From: Candidatus Saccharimonadia bacterium
GTDB lineage: Bacteria > Patescibacteriota > Saccharimonadia > UBA4664
Direction of reading: 5' to 3'
DNA length: 64,000 nt
Assembly (NCBI GenBank): GCA_036488585.1
Contig: DASXHH010000019.1
Location: forward strand, 5,030 to 69,029
Shown: positions 18,782-27,148 of the stretch, in pieces
Layout of the letters: each line of letters starts with the position of its first letter
How positions within the stretch are numbered: position 1 is the stretch's first letter
Notes under the pieces: model-generated
Databases searched by the model: none
What the model was told of the DNA's origin: nothing
Seen by the model: only the letters and a program-made list of their open reading frames with translations
Position numbers and translations under genes: made by a program

Positions 18782-19798
18782 ATGGCAAGCGGCAGAGGTC
18801 CCAAGGTAGTTGTGATTGGCGGCGGCACCGGTACCTTCACGGTCCTATCAGGCCTCAAGCACTACGTAGGCGACATCACCGCCATCGTTAACATGGTGGA
18901 CGATGGCGGCAGCACTGGCGTGCTCCGTGACGAGCTCGGCGCCCTGCCACCCGGTGACGTTCGGCAATCACTAGTGGCCCTATCCGACGTATCGAAGAAT
19001 TTGCGCGAACTGTTCAATTATCGTTTCCCCAAGGGTTCATTTGCCAGCGGGCACTCTTTTGGCAACCTGTTTATCTCGGCCCTGGAGCAGGTCACCGGCA
19101 GCATGCCCGAGGCTGTAAAGGTGGCCGGCGAAGTGTTGTCGATCCAAGGCCAGGTCATACCCGCCACCACTGACAACGTCCATCTCATACTCGAAACCGC
19201 CGACGGCCGCATTATCCGCGGCGAGGACAAAATCGGGGAGGGACCGGCCCATGAGCGACTGTTCGTGAAGGGCGCACCCCACAAGCTCTGGCTCGAGCCG
19301 GCTGCCACCCTCAACCCCAAGGCCAAGCAGGCTATCGCCGAGGCCGACCTTATCGTAATCGCTCCCGGTAAGCTATACTCATCGATCCTGCCATCACTGC
19401 TCATCGAAGGCATGCCCGACGCCCTCTGCAGGGCCAAGGGGCGCAAAATTTACGTCTGCAATCTTATGACCCGCCCGAACCAAACCGCCGGCTTTTCCGT
19501 CCAAGACTTCGCCGATGAAGTGGAACGTTACGCCGGCGCCCCTATGCTCGATTGCGTCATCTACAACACCGAGCGACCCAGCAAATACCTGCTCGACAAG
19601 TATGCCTTGGAAGGGGAGCGCGAGCCGGTGGAATTTAACACCAACGCTCTTGCTAGTGAGCATTACCAGGCTATCGGCGAGCCGCTCATTTCCAAGACTC
19701 AGCCCAAGCAACCAGGCAGCGACCTGCTTAAGCGCACGCTCATCCGGCATGATTCCGACAAGGTCGCTCGCTTAATTATGCGTATTTACTTTAGTTAG
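18782..19798 (+). CDS. YvcK-like gluconeogenesis factor (UPF0052 / CofD family)
   Basis: KVVVIGGGTGTFTVLSGLK...AIVNMVDDGGSTGVLRDELGALPPGDVRQ is the family signature. Confidence 0.8.
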   Translation: MASGRGPKVVVIGGGTGTFTVLSGLKHYVGDITAIVNMVDDGGSTGVLRDELGALPPGDVRQSLVALSDVSKNLRELFNYRFPKGSFASGHSFGNLFISALEQVTGSMPEAVKVAGEVLSIQGQVIPATTDNVHLILETADGRIIRGEDKIGEGPAHERLFVKGAPHKLWLEPAATLNPKAKQAIAEADLIVIAPGKLYSSILPSLLIEGMPDALCRAKGRKIYVCNLMTRPNQTAGFSVQDFADEVERYAGAPMLDCVIYNTERPSKYLLDKYALEGEREPVEFNTNALASEHYQAIGEPLISKTQPKQPGSDLLKRTLIRHDSDKVARLIMRIYFS

Positions 19799-19815
19799 AA
19801 AGGTTAGGTTAAGCC

Positions 19816-20703
19816 ATGAAAGTTACTACCGCCGTCATCTTCGCCTCCGGGTTCGGCAGCCGTATGCTCCCAGTCACCGCTGCCGTTCAAAAAGAACTGC
19901 TGCCAATTCTGGACCGCCCAGTCATCGATTACGTAGTGAGCGATTGTATCGCTGCCGGCATTAGCCAAATTATCTTTGTGATCCGGCCCAACTCGCATGC
20001 CCTCCAGGATTACTACGTGGGCAATACCGTGCTCGAGAGCCACTTGGAGCGTTTTGGCAAACATGACGCCATCGAAAAGCTGCGTGACATCCACAGCCAA
20101 GCCACCTTCACCTTCGTTGAACAACCCGAATCGGCCGGCTATGGCACCGGCGCGCCACTTAAAGTGGCCATACCGCACCTACCCAAAGACGAAGCATTCG
20201 TAGTTTGTTCGGGTGACGATTTTCTGTGGCGCACCGACGGTGGCTCCGACATGAAGGCTTTAGTGGAGGCATTTTCAGCCGCCCAAGCCGTCGGAGCGAT
20301 AATGTCACTCGAGCGCCCAGACGAGGAGCTGCACAAGTACGGCGTACTTGAAGTAGCCCAAGAAGGGGAGTGGGAATACCTGCGCGAGTTCGTCGAGAAA
20401 CCGGCCGCCGGTGAAGCCCCCTCAAACATGATCAACATTTCCAAGTACATCATGACCCCTCAGATGATCCCATACGTAAAGGCTGTTAAGGTTAACTCCA
20501 AGTCCGGCGGGGAATTGTACGTCACCGACGCGGTCGCCGCCGCCGCTAAAGACCACAAAATCGTAGTTCAACGAGCTCAGGGTGCCTACTTGGATTCGGG
20601 CAGTGCCGCCGGCTGGCTCAAGGCCAACCTGACAGTCGCCGCTTCCAGGCCGGAAATGGCCGACGTCTTGGCCGATCGCGATAATTTTGTCACCAAGCAC
20701 TAA
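19816..20703 (+). CDS. galU: UTP--glucose-1-phosphate uridylyltransferase
   Basis: AVIFASGFGSRMLPVTAAVQKELLPILDRPVIDYVV matches the GalU N-terminal nucleotidyltransferase motif. Confidence 0.8.
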   Translation: MKVTTAVIFASGFGSRMLPVTAAVQKELLPILDRPVIDYVVSDCIAAGISQIIFVIRPNSHALQDYYVGNTVLESHLERFGKHDAIEKLRDIHSQATFTFVEQPESAGYGTGAPLKVAIPHLPKDEAFVVCSGDDFLWRTDGGSDMKALVEAFSAAQAVGAIMSLERPDEELHKYGVLEVAQEGEWEYLREFVEKPAAGEAPSNMINISKYIMTPQMIPYVKAVKVNSKSGGELYVTDAVAAAAKDHKIVVQRAQGAYLDSGSAAGWLKANLTVAASRPEMADVLADRDNFVTKH

Positions 20704-20796
20704 CAACAATTTGGGTTTACAAACTGGAAAGTTTGTTATAACATTACATGGCCCAAACGAGCTCTCAACCCGGTGGCCAATGGATATTGAACCTCG

Positions 20797-20825
20797 TTGA
20801 CACCAAATGCCTGATATTTTATAAT
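20797..20825 (+). promoter_or_regulatory. Perfect-consensus sigma-70 promoter TTGACA-N17-TATAAT, 9 nt upstream of the ATG at 20835 (leaderless transcript predicted)
   Basis: TTGACA at 20797-20802 and TATAAT at 20820-25. The spacer is exactly 17 nt. No SD. Confidence 0.55.
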
Positions 20826-20834
20826 CTCTGAGTA

Positions 20835-21869
20835 ATGAGCCACGAAACTACTACAAAATCTATCGTCAACTACGACTACAAGACTGCCGTTGATCAAATT
20901 CTGAAAGAGTTGCGCCGCGACCGTGACCGCCAGATCATAGCCCGGCGTTTTGGGTTTGGACTCAGCCGCCGCCAGACGCTCGAGAAGATCGGTGGTGATT
21001 TTGATATCACTCGGGAGCGCGTCCGTCAGATCGAAAAAGCCGCCATCTCCAAGATGCGTGCCTCGGGTTCACTCGAGATCAGCCGGGCAGGCGAGCTGCT
21101 GCGCGAGGTTGTTGCCCCCGCTGGCGGAATCCTACTTACCACCGATGTAGCCGCCATCCTTGGCGCCTCCGACAACGACATCCCATACATCGTATTTCTA
21201 GCCTTACTGGCCCCGGGCATCGAGCTAATCGAAGAAGACGACGATTTGCGCCAAGCCGTCGCCCTGACTCCCGTCTATGGCCACTCGCAGGTTGCCCAGC
21301 TACTGGCCGAGATCACCAAGACCATCAAAGATCACAACAAACCGATTACACTCGCCAAGGTCCGCTCCAAGCTGCCTTCAGAGCTCGACGCCGCCACCCT
21401 GGAGCAGCTCATGCGCGTCTCCAAGCGCCTGGCCTTCTTTGACGGCAAGTGGGGCCTCATTAGCTGGCCAGAGGTCAATCCCAAGAGCATTCGCGACAAG
21501 ACCTACTTGGTTCTCAGCCGCCACGGCCGACCGTTGCACTTTTCGGAGATCGCTAAGCACGTCCGCGGGCTCGGCACCAACAAGCGCGACGTTACCGTAC
21601 AGGCCGTCCATAACGAGCTCATCAAAGACGATCGTTTCATCCTTATCGGTCGTGGTATCTACGCTCTGGCCGAGTGGGGCTACGCGCCCGGCACCGTCGC
21701 CGAAATCATCGCCAGCGTCTTGCGCGAGGAGCAACCACTCCATAAGGATGAGATCGTCCGGCGCGTACTCATGAAGCGTCAAGTCAAGACCACCACCATC
21801 ATCTTGAACTTGCAGGAAAAAGACCAGTTCCAACGCACCGCCAAAGCCACCTACAAACTCAAAGATTAA
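20835..21869 (+). CDS. Sigma-70 region-4 HTH fused to two HARE-HTH domains (transcription-associated regulator)
   Basis: N-terminus: IARRFGFGLSRRQTLEKIGGDFDITRERVRQIEKAAISKMR, a sigma70_r4 pattern. Two repeats end ...GKWGLISW and ...IGRGIYALAEWGY, HARE-HTH as in RpoE-delta. There is no region 2. Confidence 0.6.
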   Translation: MSHETTTKSIVNYDYKTAVDQILKELRRDRDRQIIARRFGFGLSRRQTLEKIGGDFDITRERVRQIEKAAISKMRASGSLEISRAGELLREVVAPAGGILLTTDVAAILGASDNDIPYIVFLALLAPGIELIEEDDDLRQAVALTPVYGHSQVAQLLAEITKTIKDHNKPITLAKVRSKLPSELDAATLEQLMRVSKRLAFFDGKWGLISWPEVNPKSIRDKTYLVLSRHGRPLHFSEIAKHVRGLGTNKRDVTVQAVHNELIKDDRFILIGRGIYALAEWGYAPGTVAEIIASVLREEQPLHKDEIVRRVLMKRQVKTTTIILNLQEKDQFQRTAKATYKLKD

Positions 21870-21948
21870 TATTCGCTAAAGTCGTATAAAATAGGCGTAG
21901 AGGGAGGGTCTAGCTATTAACCTCAGCAATCTACTCAGCCCGCTTTTT

Positions 21949-24765
21949 GTGATACTGCAAATCATTGGGCTCATCCTATTTAAATACTATGGATGGGTCG
22001 TGGTGGTAGCTGTGCTTGGTTATTCCACCTGGCAGTACCGCCGCAAAGAGAAGTGGGTAAATGCTACCGACAACATTCTTCTGCTCGTTGAAGTACCAAA
22101 AGACAACGAGAAAAAGGAGCTCTCGGCCGAGCAGATGTTCGCCTCACTGCACGGCATTTTGCGCCCTCGGGCCGAACTACAAAAAGAAGGCTCCATCCAG
22201 GAACACGTCTCGTTCGAGATCGTTTCGCGTAAAAACTCCATTCAGTTTTACGTCTGGACGCCCAAACACCTTAAAGACTTCGTCGAAAGCCAAATCTACG
22301 CCCAATATCCAACCGTCCAGATTAAAGAGAATCCGGAGGATTACTCGCGTGCGCCCGTTGATGGGCGGGTAATTTACGGCACCGAACTCGGCCTCACCAA
22401 AGACACCGTCATGCCGATCAAAACCTTCGCCTCGTTTGAGGTGGACCCGCTGGCCGGTATCACCGGGGTACTCGCCAAAATGGAGCAGGTAGGGGAGGAG
22501 TGCTGGATCCAAATCCTGGCGCGCCCCGCAGACGACTCCTGGCACGAGCAAGGCAAAGGCTACATTGAGGCCATGAAAGGGGGCGCCAAGCCCGACTGGG
22601 GGACACAGGCCGCCAATGTGTTCCTGCAAGTCCCCATTTATATCCTTACCAACCTAGTGATGGCGCTGTTTGCACCGCCCGCACCGCTCGACAAAAAAAC
22701 CGCCGAAAAGAAGGAGCTCAGTGTGGGCCAGCAAGCCGTCTTAAAAGCGGTAGAGGAGAAGAGTGGCAAACTAGGCTACCAAGTAAAGATCCGCATCGCC
22801 TATCTGGGTCCCGACGAGGCCAGCGCCAAGCAACGTATGCAAGCCATCGTTGGTGGCTTCAAGCAATTCAACACCACCAACCTCAACGGTTTCACAAGTA
22901 CCAAAATGTACAACTCGCCAGAGTTCATCGAAGATTATCAGGCCCGGCTGTTCTTCGAACCTGGCTACATTCTCAACATCGAGGAGCTCGCCTCACTGTA
23001 CCACCTGCCTCACAAGACAGTGGAGACGCCCAACATGGTCTGGACCACCGCCAAAACTTCTGAGCCGCCGTCAAACCTGCCGGTGGAGGGCATCACCGAT
23101 CCCGAAGAGATCAGCCTCTTCGGCCTATCCAAATTCCGTGGCCGTAACCTCAAATTCGGCATTAAGCGGCGTGACCGCGGCCGCCACCTCTACATCATTG
23201 GTCAAACCGGCGCTGGCAAGTCGTTCCTGCTGCAGCTACTCACGCTATCGGATATCTACCACGACGTCGGGTTCGCTATTGTGGATCCGCACGGCGACCT
23301 CTGTACTGACATCATGAAATACATCCCCGAGCACCGACTTGCAGACGTCGTTTACTTCAACCCCGCCGACCGCGACTTCCCCATGGCCTTCAACCCCATG
23401 GAGGTCTCAGACCCAGCCATGAAAGACCACATCAGCTCCGAGCTCGTGGGTGTACTCAAACGTATGTTCGACTCCTGGGGTCCGCGGCTTGAGTACATCT
23501 TGCGTTACACCTTACTGGCCCTGCTCGACTACCCTGAATGCACCATGCTCGACATCCCGCGCATGCTCAACGAAAAGGGCTTCCGCAAGAAGGTTATCTC
23601 CTATATCCAAGACCCCGTGGTTAAGAGCTTCTGGGTGACAGAGTTTGCCTCCTGGAACGACAAATTTGCCTCCGAAGCCGTCGCGCCAGTTCTCAACAAA
23701 GTGGGTGCCTTCGTTGCCAACCCGCTGGTACGTAACATTATTGGCCAGAAGAAGAGCGCCTTCAACATCCGCCATATCATGGACGAAGGCAAAATCCTGC
23801 TCTGCAACCTCTCGCGCGGGCAAGTCGGTGAAGACAACGCCGCCATCTTGGGTGCACTCATGGTCACCAAGGTACAGCTGGCCGCCATGTCCCGCGCCGA
23901 CATCGCCAACGTCGACGATCGCCGGCCCTTCTACCTCTACGTCGACGAGTTCCAGAACTTCGCCACTGATTCATTCGCGGTCATCCTCAGTGAAGCCCGT
24001 AAGTACGGCCTCAACCTCACTGTCGCCAACCAGTACATCACCCAAATGCCCGAGGTGGTGCGCGACGCCGTGTTTGGCAACGTCGGTACCATGATTACCT
24101 TCCGCGTCGGTCCCGGCGACTCGGCCGTCCTCAGTAAGTATTACGAGCCCGTATTTGAAGCCATGGACATCACCCGCCTGCACAACCAAAACATCTTCAT
24201 CTCTATGATCATTAACGGCGAGAAAGCCATCCCGTTCTCTGGTACCACCTTGCGCATGCCTGATCCCGAACTCGACCTCACCGATCGCATTGTACAAATC
24301 ACGCGTCAAACCGTCGCCTCACGCCGCGACGAGGTTGAAGCCGATATCCGCGCCCGCACCGCTGAGGCCGGCGACGCCGGTGCCCGTGCCGTCGGGGCCG
24401 GACCCGGTATCGCCGGCGCTTTACCTGAGCCCGAAGAAAAACCGAACAAGGAATTCTTGGGCGGACTCCGCAACCCCAACCTACCAACCCAAGCAGCCGG
24501 ACCCGAGCGTAGGGGAGACAACAGGGGAGGAGACCGCCGGAACAACAGCAGCTCAGATCGCGACCGCAGCCGTGATCGTGACCGCGGACATCGGCCAACC
24601 CAGAGCGGGGGAGATAGCAGGCGAACCCATCCGGCCGGAGTAGGAGGCAACCATCCGCACGCCTATGCCCCCGACGCCCAACCGACCCATTCACCCGTCC
24701 ACTCACCTGCCCCCGACAACGACGGTCGCGCAATTCAGCCCGGCGAACCCATCAGCTTCCGCTAG
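21949..24765 (+). CDS. VirD4/TraD (TrwB)-like type IV coupling-protein-family ATPase with N-terminal TM helix and disordered Arg/Asp/Ser-rich C-terminal tail
   Basis: Walker A IIGQTGAGKSFLL. AIVDPHGDL matches the T4CP DPKGD motif. Walker B LYVDEFQNF. The last ~140 aa are low complexity (RDRSRDRDRGHR...). Start codon uncertain (GTG 21949). Confidence 0.65.
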   Translation: MILQIIGLILFKYYGWVVVVAVLGYSTWQYRRKEKWVNATDNILLLVEVPKDNEKKELSAEQMFASLHGILRPRAELQKEGSIQEHVSFEIVSRKNSIQFYVWTPKHLKDFVESQIYAQYPTVQIKENPEDYSRAPVDGRVIYGTELGLTKDTVMPIKTFASFEVDPLAGITGVLAKMEQVGEECWIQILARPADDSWHEQGKGYIEAMKGGAKPDWGTQAANVFLQVPIYILTNLVMALFAPPAPLDKKTAEKKELSVGQQAVLKAVEEKSGKLGYQVKIRIAYLGPDEASAKQRMQAIVGGFKQFNTTNLNGFTSTKMYNSPEFIEDYQARLFFEPGYILNIEELASLYHLPHKTVETPNMVWTTAKTSEPPSNLPVEGITDPEEISLFGLSKFRGRNLKFGIKRRDRGRHLYIIGQTGAGKSFLLQLLTLSDIYHDVGFAIVDPHGDLCTDIMKYIPEHRLADVVYFNPADRDFPMAFNPMEVSDPAMKDHISSELVGVLKRMFDSWGPRLEYILRYTLLALLDYPECTMLDIPRMLNEKGFRKKVISYIQDPVVKSFWVTEFASWNDKFASEAVAPVLNKVGAFVANPLVRNIIGQKKSAFNIRHIMDEGKILLCNLSRGQVGEDNAAILGALMVTKVQLAAMSRADIANVDDRRPFYLYVDEFQNFATDSFAVILSEARKYGLNLTVANQYITQMPEVVRDAVFGNVGTMITFRVGPGDSAVLSKYYEPVFEAMDITRLHNQNIFISMIINGEKAIPFSGTTLRMPDPELDLTDRIVQITRQTVASRRDEVEADIRARTAEAGDAGARAVGAGPGIAGALPEPEEKPNKEFLGGLRNPNLPTQAAGPERRGDNRGGDRRNNSSSDRDRSRDRDRGHRPTQSGGDSRRTHPAGVGGNHPHAYAPDAQPTHSPVHSPAPDNDGRAIQPGEPISFR

Positions 24766-24772
24766 TACCCCA

Positions 24773-24803
24773 CTCCCCTAGCCGCTTTTTAGCGGCAGGG
24801 GAG
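24773..24803 (+). terminator. GC-rich hairpin downstream of the T4CP-like gene (terminator-like; no clean U-tract)
   Basis: ctcccctagccgc-ttttta-gcggcaggggag is a perfect 12/13 bp stem. Confidence 0.4.
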
Positions 24804-25160
24804 TGCCATCACCAAAAGCTCCAGACAGAGGCAAAGCACAAGGCAACAAAATCCACGCCCCCACCAAGAGTCAAACGAGGGTAAATAGAAGGTTCTGGCT
24901 CGAGCAAGCCAAAACAAAGACGTATCGTAAGACCTTTTGAGCCCACATTAAGTAACGTCGCACAATGTATATTTTGCGTCGCAAACGTACAAATTAGCGC
25001 TAAAACAGCTGTTTAGTCAAATTTTAACTTTTTTAATTTCATCGCCGGTTTTACCCCTATTCTTTTTGTTGGCGATAAAGAAAGACCCACTCCGCCAATA
25101 TTGCAACCACTTACTAAAACCTTTTGTACAAAAACCGAACTTAGACTAGGGGAGAGGCGG

Positions 25161-25964
25161 CTATTTCCAGTAAGCCCGGCCGGCAATCCTCAGGTCCAAG
25201 TACTGCGCCGGCGCCGTCTTTTGCGCGGTCAACAGCGCCTGCACCGACTTCAAATCATTAAGCTCATCCGTTACCGGTCTACTCGTATCAAAGATTAATT
25301 TATAGCCCTTGTTTGTACTCGCAGTCAGATCAAAGGTAGTGTCCTTAATGTCGAGGCTGGTCACCTGGTATCCATTCGCCCTCAGTGCCGGCACCAACTG
25401 CGTCACAAAGGCCACAAACCGTGGGCTCGCCACTTGCTTGCCTATGGCCACCGGTAGGTTGCTGCCATCATTCACCACCGGCAATGACGAGTCGGCCGGC
25501 AATACGCCGATAGCCGTACCGTCACTATCGAGCAGGTAGTGCTGGTCGCCGCTCAACCAACCCATACTCGGCTGCTTCAACACCACGCTCACCTTTAGGC
25601 CGTGTGGCCAATTTCGCAACACCACCGCCGATCGAATCTGCGCATCCTCCAGTTGTAATTTTGACACCAGCTCCCCTTCGTCCAGCGTCAGCAAGTTGCC
25701 CTGGCTCCACGACTCATGTGTCAGCTTCTCCACCTCTGTCTGTATCTGGTCTCCCCTACTATTTGCACTTACCGCCACTTGGGTGATCTTAAAGAAATTC
25801 AGGACCAAAAAACTGCCACCGAGCACCAGCGCCACCAGTAACAGTAGCCGCTTTTGTAGCAAACTCGGTCCGGTTCGCTTGGGCGTTCGCCGCATCGACC
25901 TCCCCAAAGGCTCTCCCCTACCCCAGCTTTGGCGTCCTACCGTCCTCACCCTCCGCTCGGTCAT
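25161..25964 (-). CDS. ftsQ: Cell division protein FtsQ/DivIB
   Basis: Single TM helix plus a POTRA-like periplasmic domain. Sits at the distal end of the dcw cluster next to murG. Confidence 0.7.
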   Translation of the reverse strand: MTERRVRTVGRQSWGRGEPLGRSMRRTPKRTGPSLLQKRLLLLVALVLGGSFLVLNFFKITQVAVSANSRGDQIQTEVEKLTHESWSQGNLLTLDEGELVSKLQLEDAQIRSAVVLRNWPHGLKVSVVLKQPSMGWLSGDQHYLLDSDGTAIGVLPADSSLPVVNDGSNLPVAIGKQVASPRFVAFVTQLVPALRANGYQVTSLDIKDTTFDLTASTNKGYKLIFDTSRPVTDELNDLKSVQALLTAQKTAPAQYLDLRIAGRAYWK

Positions 25965-27148
25965 TCGCCGGCCTCCGGAGCGTTCGGCTGTTGTTCGCCC
26001 TTATCCCCTGCCCTACCAATGTCCAAGATTAGTCGCGCCAACTCCTTAGCAGCGTCCGATTTGTAAAACTCCTGGATACTACGCCCCAATCGCTCCCGCT
26101 CTTCATCATCTTCTAGCAGCCTCCTCACCTCCCCCACTAACCTCTCCGGCGTTAACTTGGCGCCATCCAGCACCCGCGCCGCACCGGAACGGGCCAGCAC
26201 CCGGGCATTTTCCACTTGATGCCCGGCCATTTCGTAGTTCGGTATTAGTACGGTTGGCTTACCCAGCGCCGCCAGCTCCGCAATCGTGTTGGCCCCGGCC
26301 CGTCCCACCACCAAATCCGCCGCCGCCAGCGCCAGCGCCATCTCGGCCATCAGGAAGCCATGAACCTGATAACGATCCTGATGCTCCAGCTTACCGGCTC
26401 GCCCCAGTTCAAATTGCACTCGCGCGTATTCGCGTTCGCCCGTGAGGTGAATCACCTGGCACATCTCAAGCAGACCCGGCAGTGCGCCGATCACCACATC
26501 ATTAATTTGGGCCGCCCCGCCTGAGCCGCCAGTCACAAATAACACCGGCAAATCACCCGTCAGCTCAAATTTTTTCTGGCCCTCCGCTCGGTCAGCCCTT
26601 AGCACCTCCGACCGCACCGGGCTACCGGTAAACACCAATCGCGAGCGGTCAAAATCACGATAACTCTTCACCGGGAATCCCACCGCCACCTTCTCCGCCC
26701 AGCGCCCTAGCACGCGGTTGGTCAATCCAGGCGTTACATCCGATTCGTGCACCACATACGGAATTCGCAATATCTTGGCCGCAATCCCCACCGGCAGGCC
26801 CACGTAACCGCCTTTTATAAACACCACATCCGGCTTAAACGACCGCAACAACCGCAAACTACCCCCCACTCCCCAAGCCGCCTTCAACGCGTCTTTAGCG
26901 TTGGGTGCCAGCGTGTGCAGGTTCATCACCTTCTCGAGCATACTGGCCGAATGATAGCGCCGAAACTTGCCCGCCTGGATGGCCTTAAACTTAAGACCTG
27001 AGGCCGCCACGATCCGCTCCTCCATACCCCCGGCCTGACCCACGTACAGCAGCTCGACTGATCTATCGAGCGACTTTAACGCGTCGCATGTTGCCAGGGC
27101 CGGCGAAATATGCCCGGCCGTCCCCCCGCCGCTGACGACTATTCGCAT
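25961..27148 (-). CDS. murG: Undecaprenyldiphospho-muramoylpentapeptide beta-N-acetylglucosaminyltransferase
   Basis: MRIVVSGGGTAGHISPALA N-terminal G-loop. GT28 C-terminal domain. C-terminal extension. Confidence 0.9.
   Translation of the reverse strand: MRIVVSGGGTAGHISPALATCDALKSLDRSVELLYVGQAGGMEERIVAASGLKFKAIQAGKFRRYHSASMLEKVMNLHTLAPNAKDALKAAWGVGGSLRLLRSFKPDVVFIKGGYVGLPVGIAAKILRIPYVVHESDVTPGLTNRVLGRWAEKVAVGFPVKSYRDFDRSRLVFTGSPVRSEVLRADRAEGQKKFELTGDLPVLFVTGGSGGAAQINDVVIGALPGLLEMCQVIHLTGEREYARVQFELGRAGKLEHQDRYQVHGFLMAEMALALAAADLVVGRAGANTIAELAALGKPTVLIPNYEMAGHQVENARVLARSGAARVLDGAKLTPERLVGEVRRLLEDDEERERLGRSIQEFYKSDAAKELARLILDIGRAGDKGEQQPNAPEAGE

Noticed and set aside
21901-21948. Alternative ATT start codon 8 nt downstream of the AGGGAGGG SD for the T4CP-like gene
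   Set aside because: AUU initiation is extremely rare. The GTG at 21949 (or another in-frame start) is more parsimonious even though the SD spacing is then long. It is left unresolved rather than claimed.
21949-24765. Interpretation of the VirD4-like gene as marking an integrated conjugative element or prophage
   Set aside because: No integrase, relaxase, VirB4, VirB6, repeat boundaries or compositional shift were found. The neighbours are core housekeeping genes in conserved orientation.
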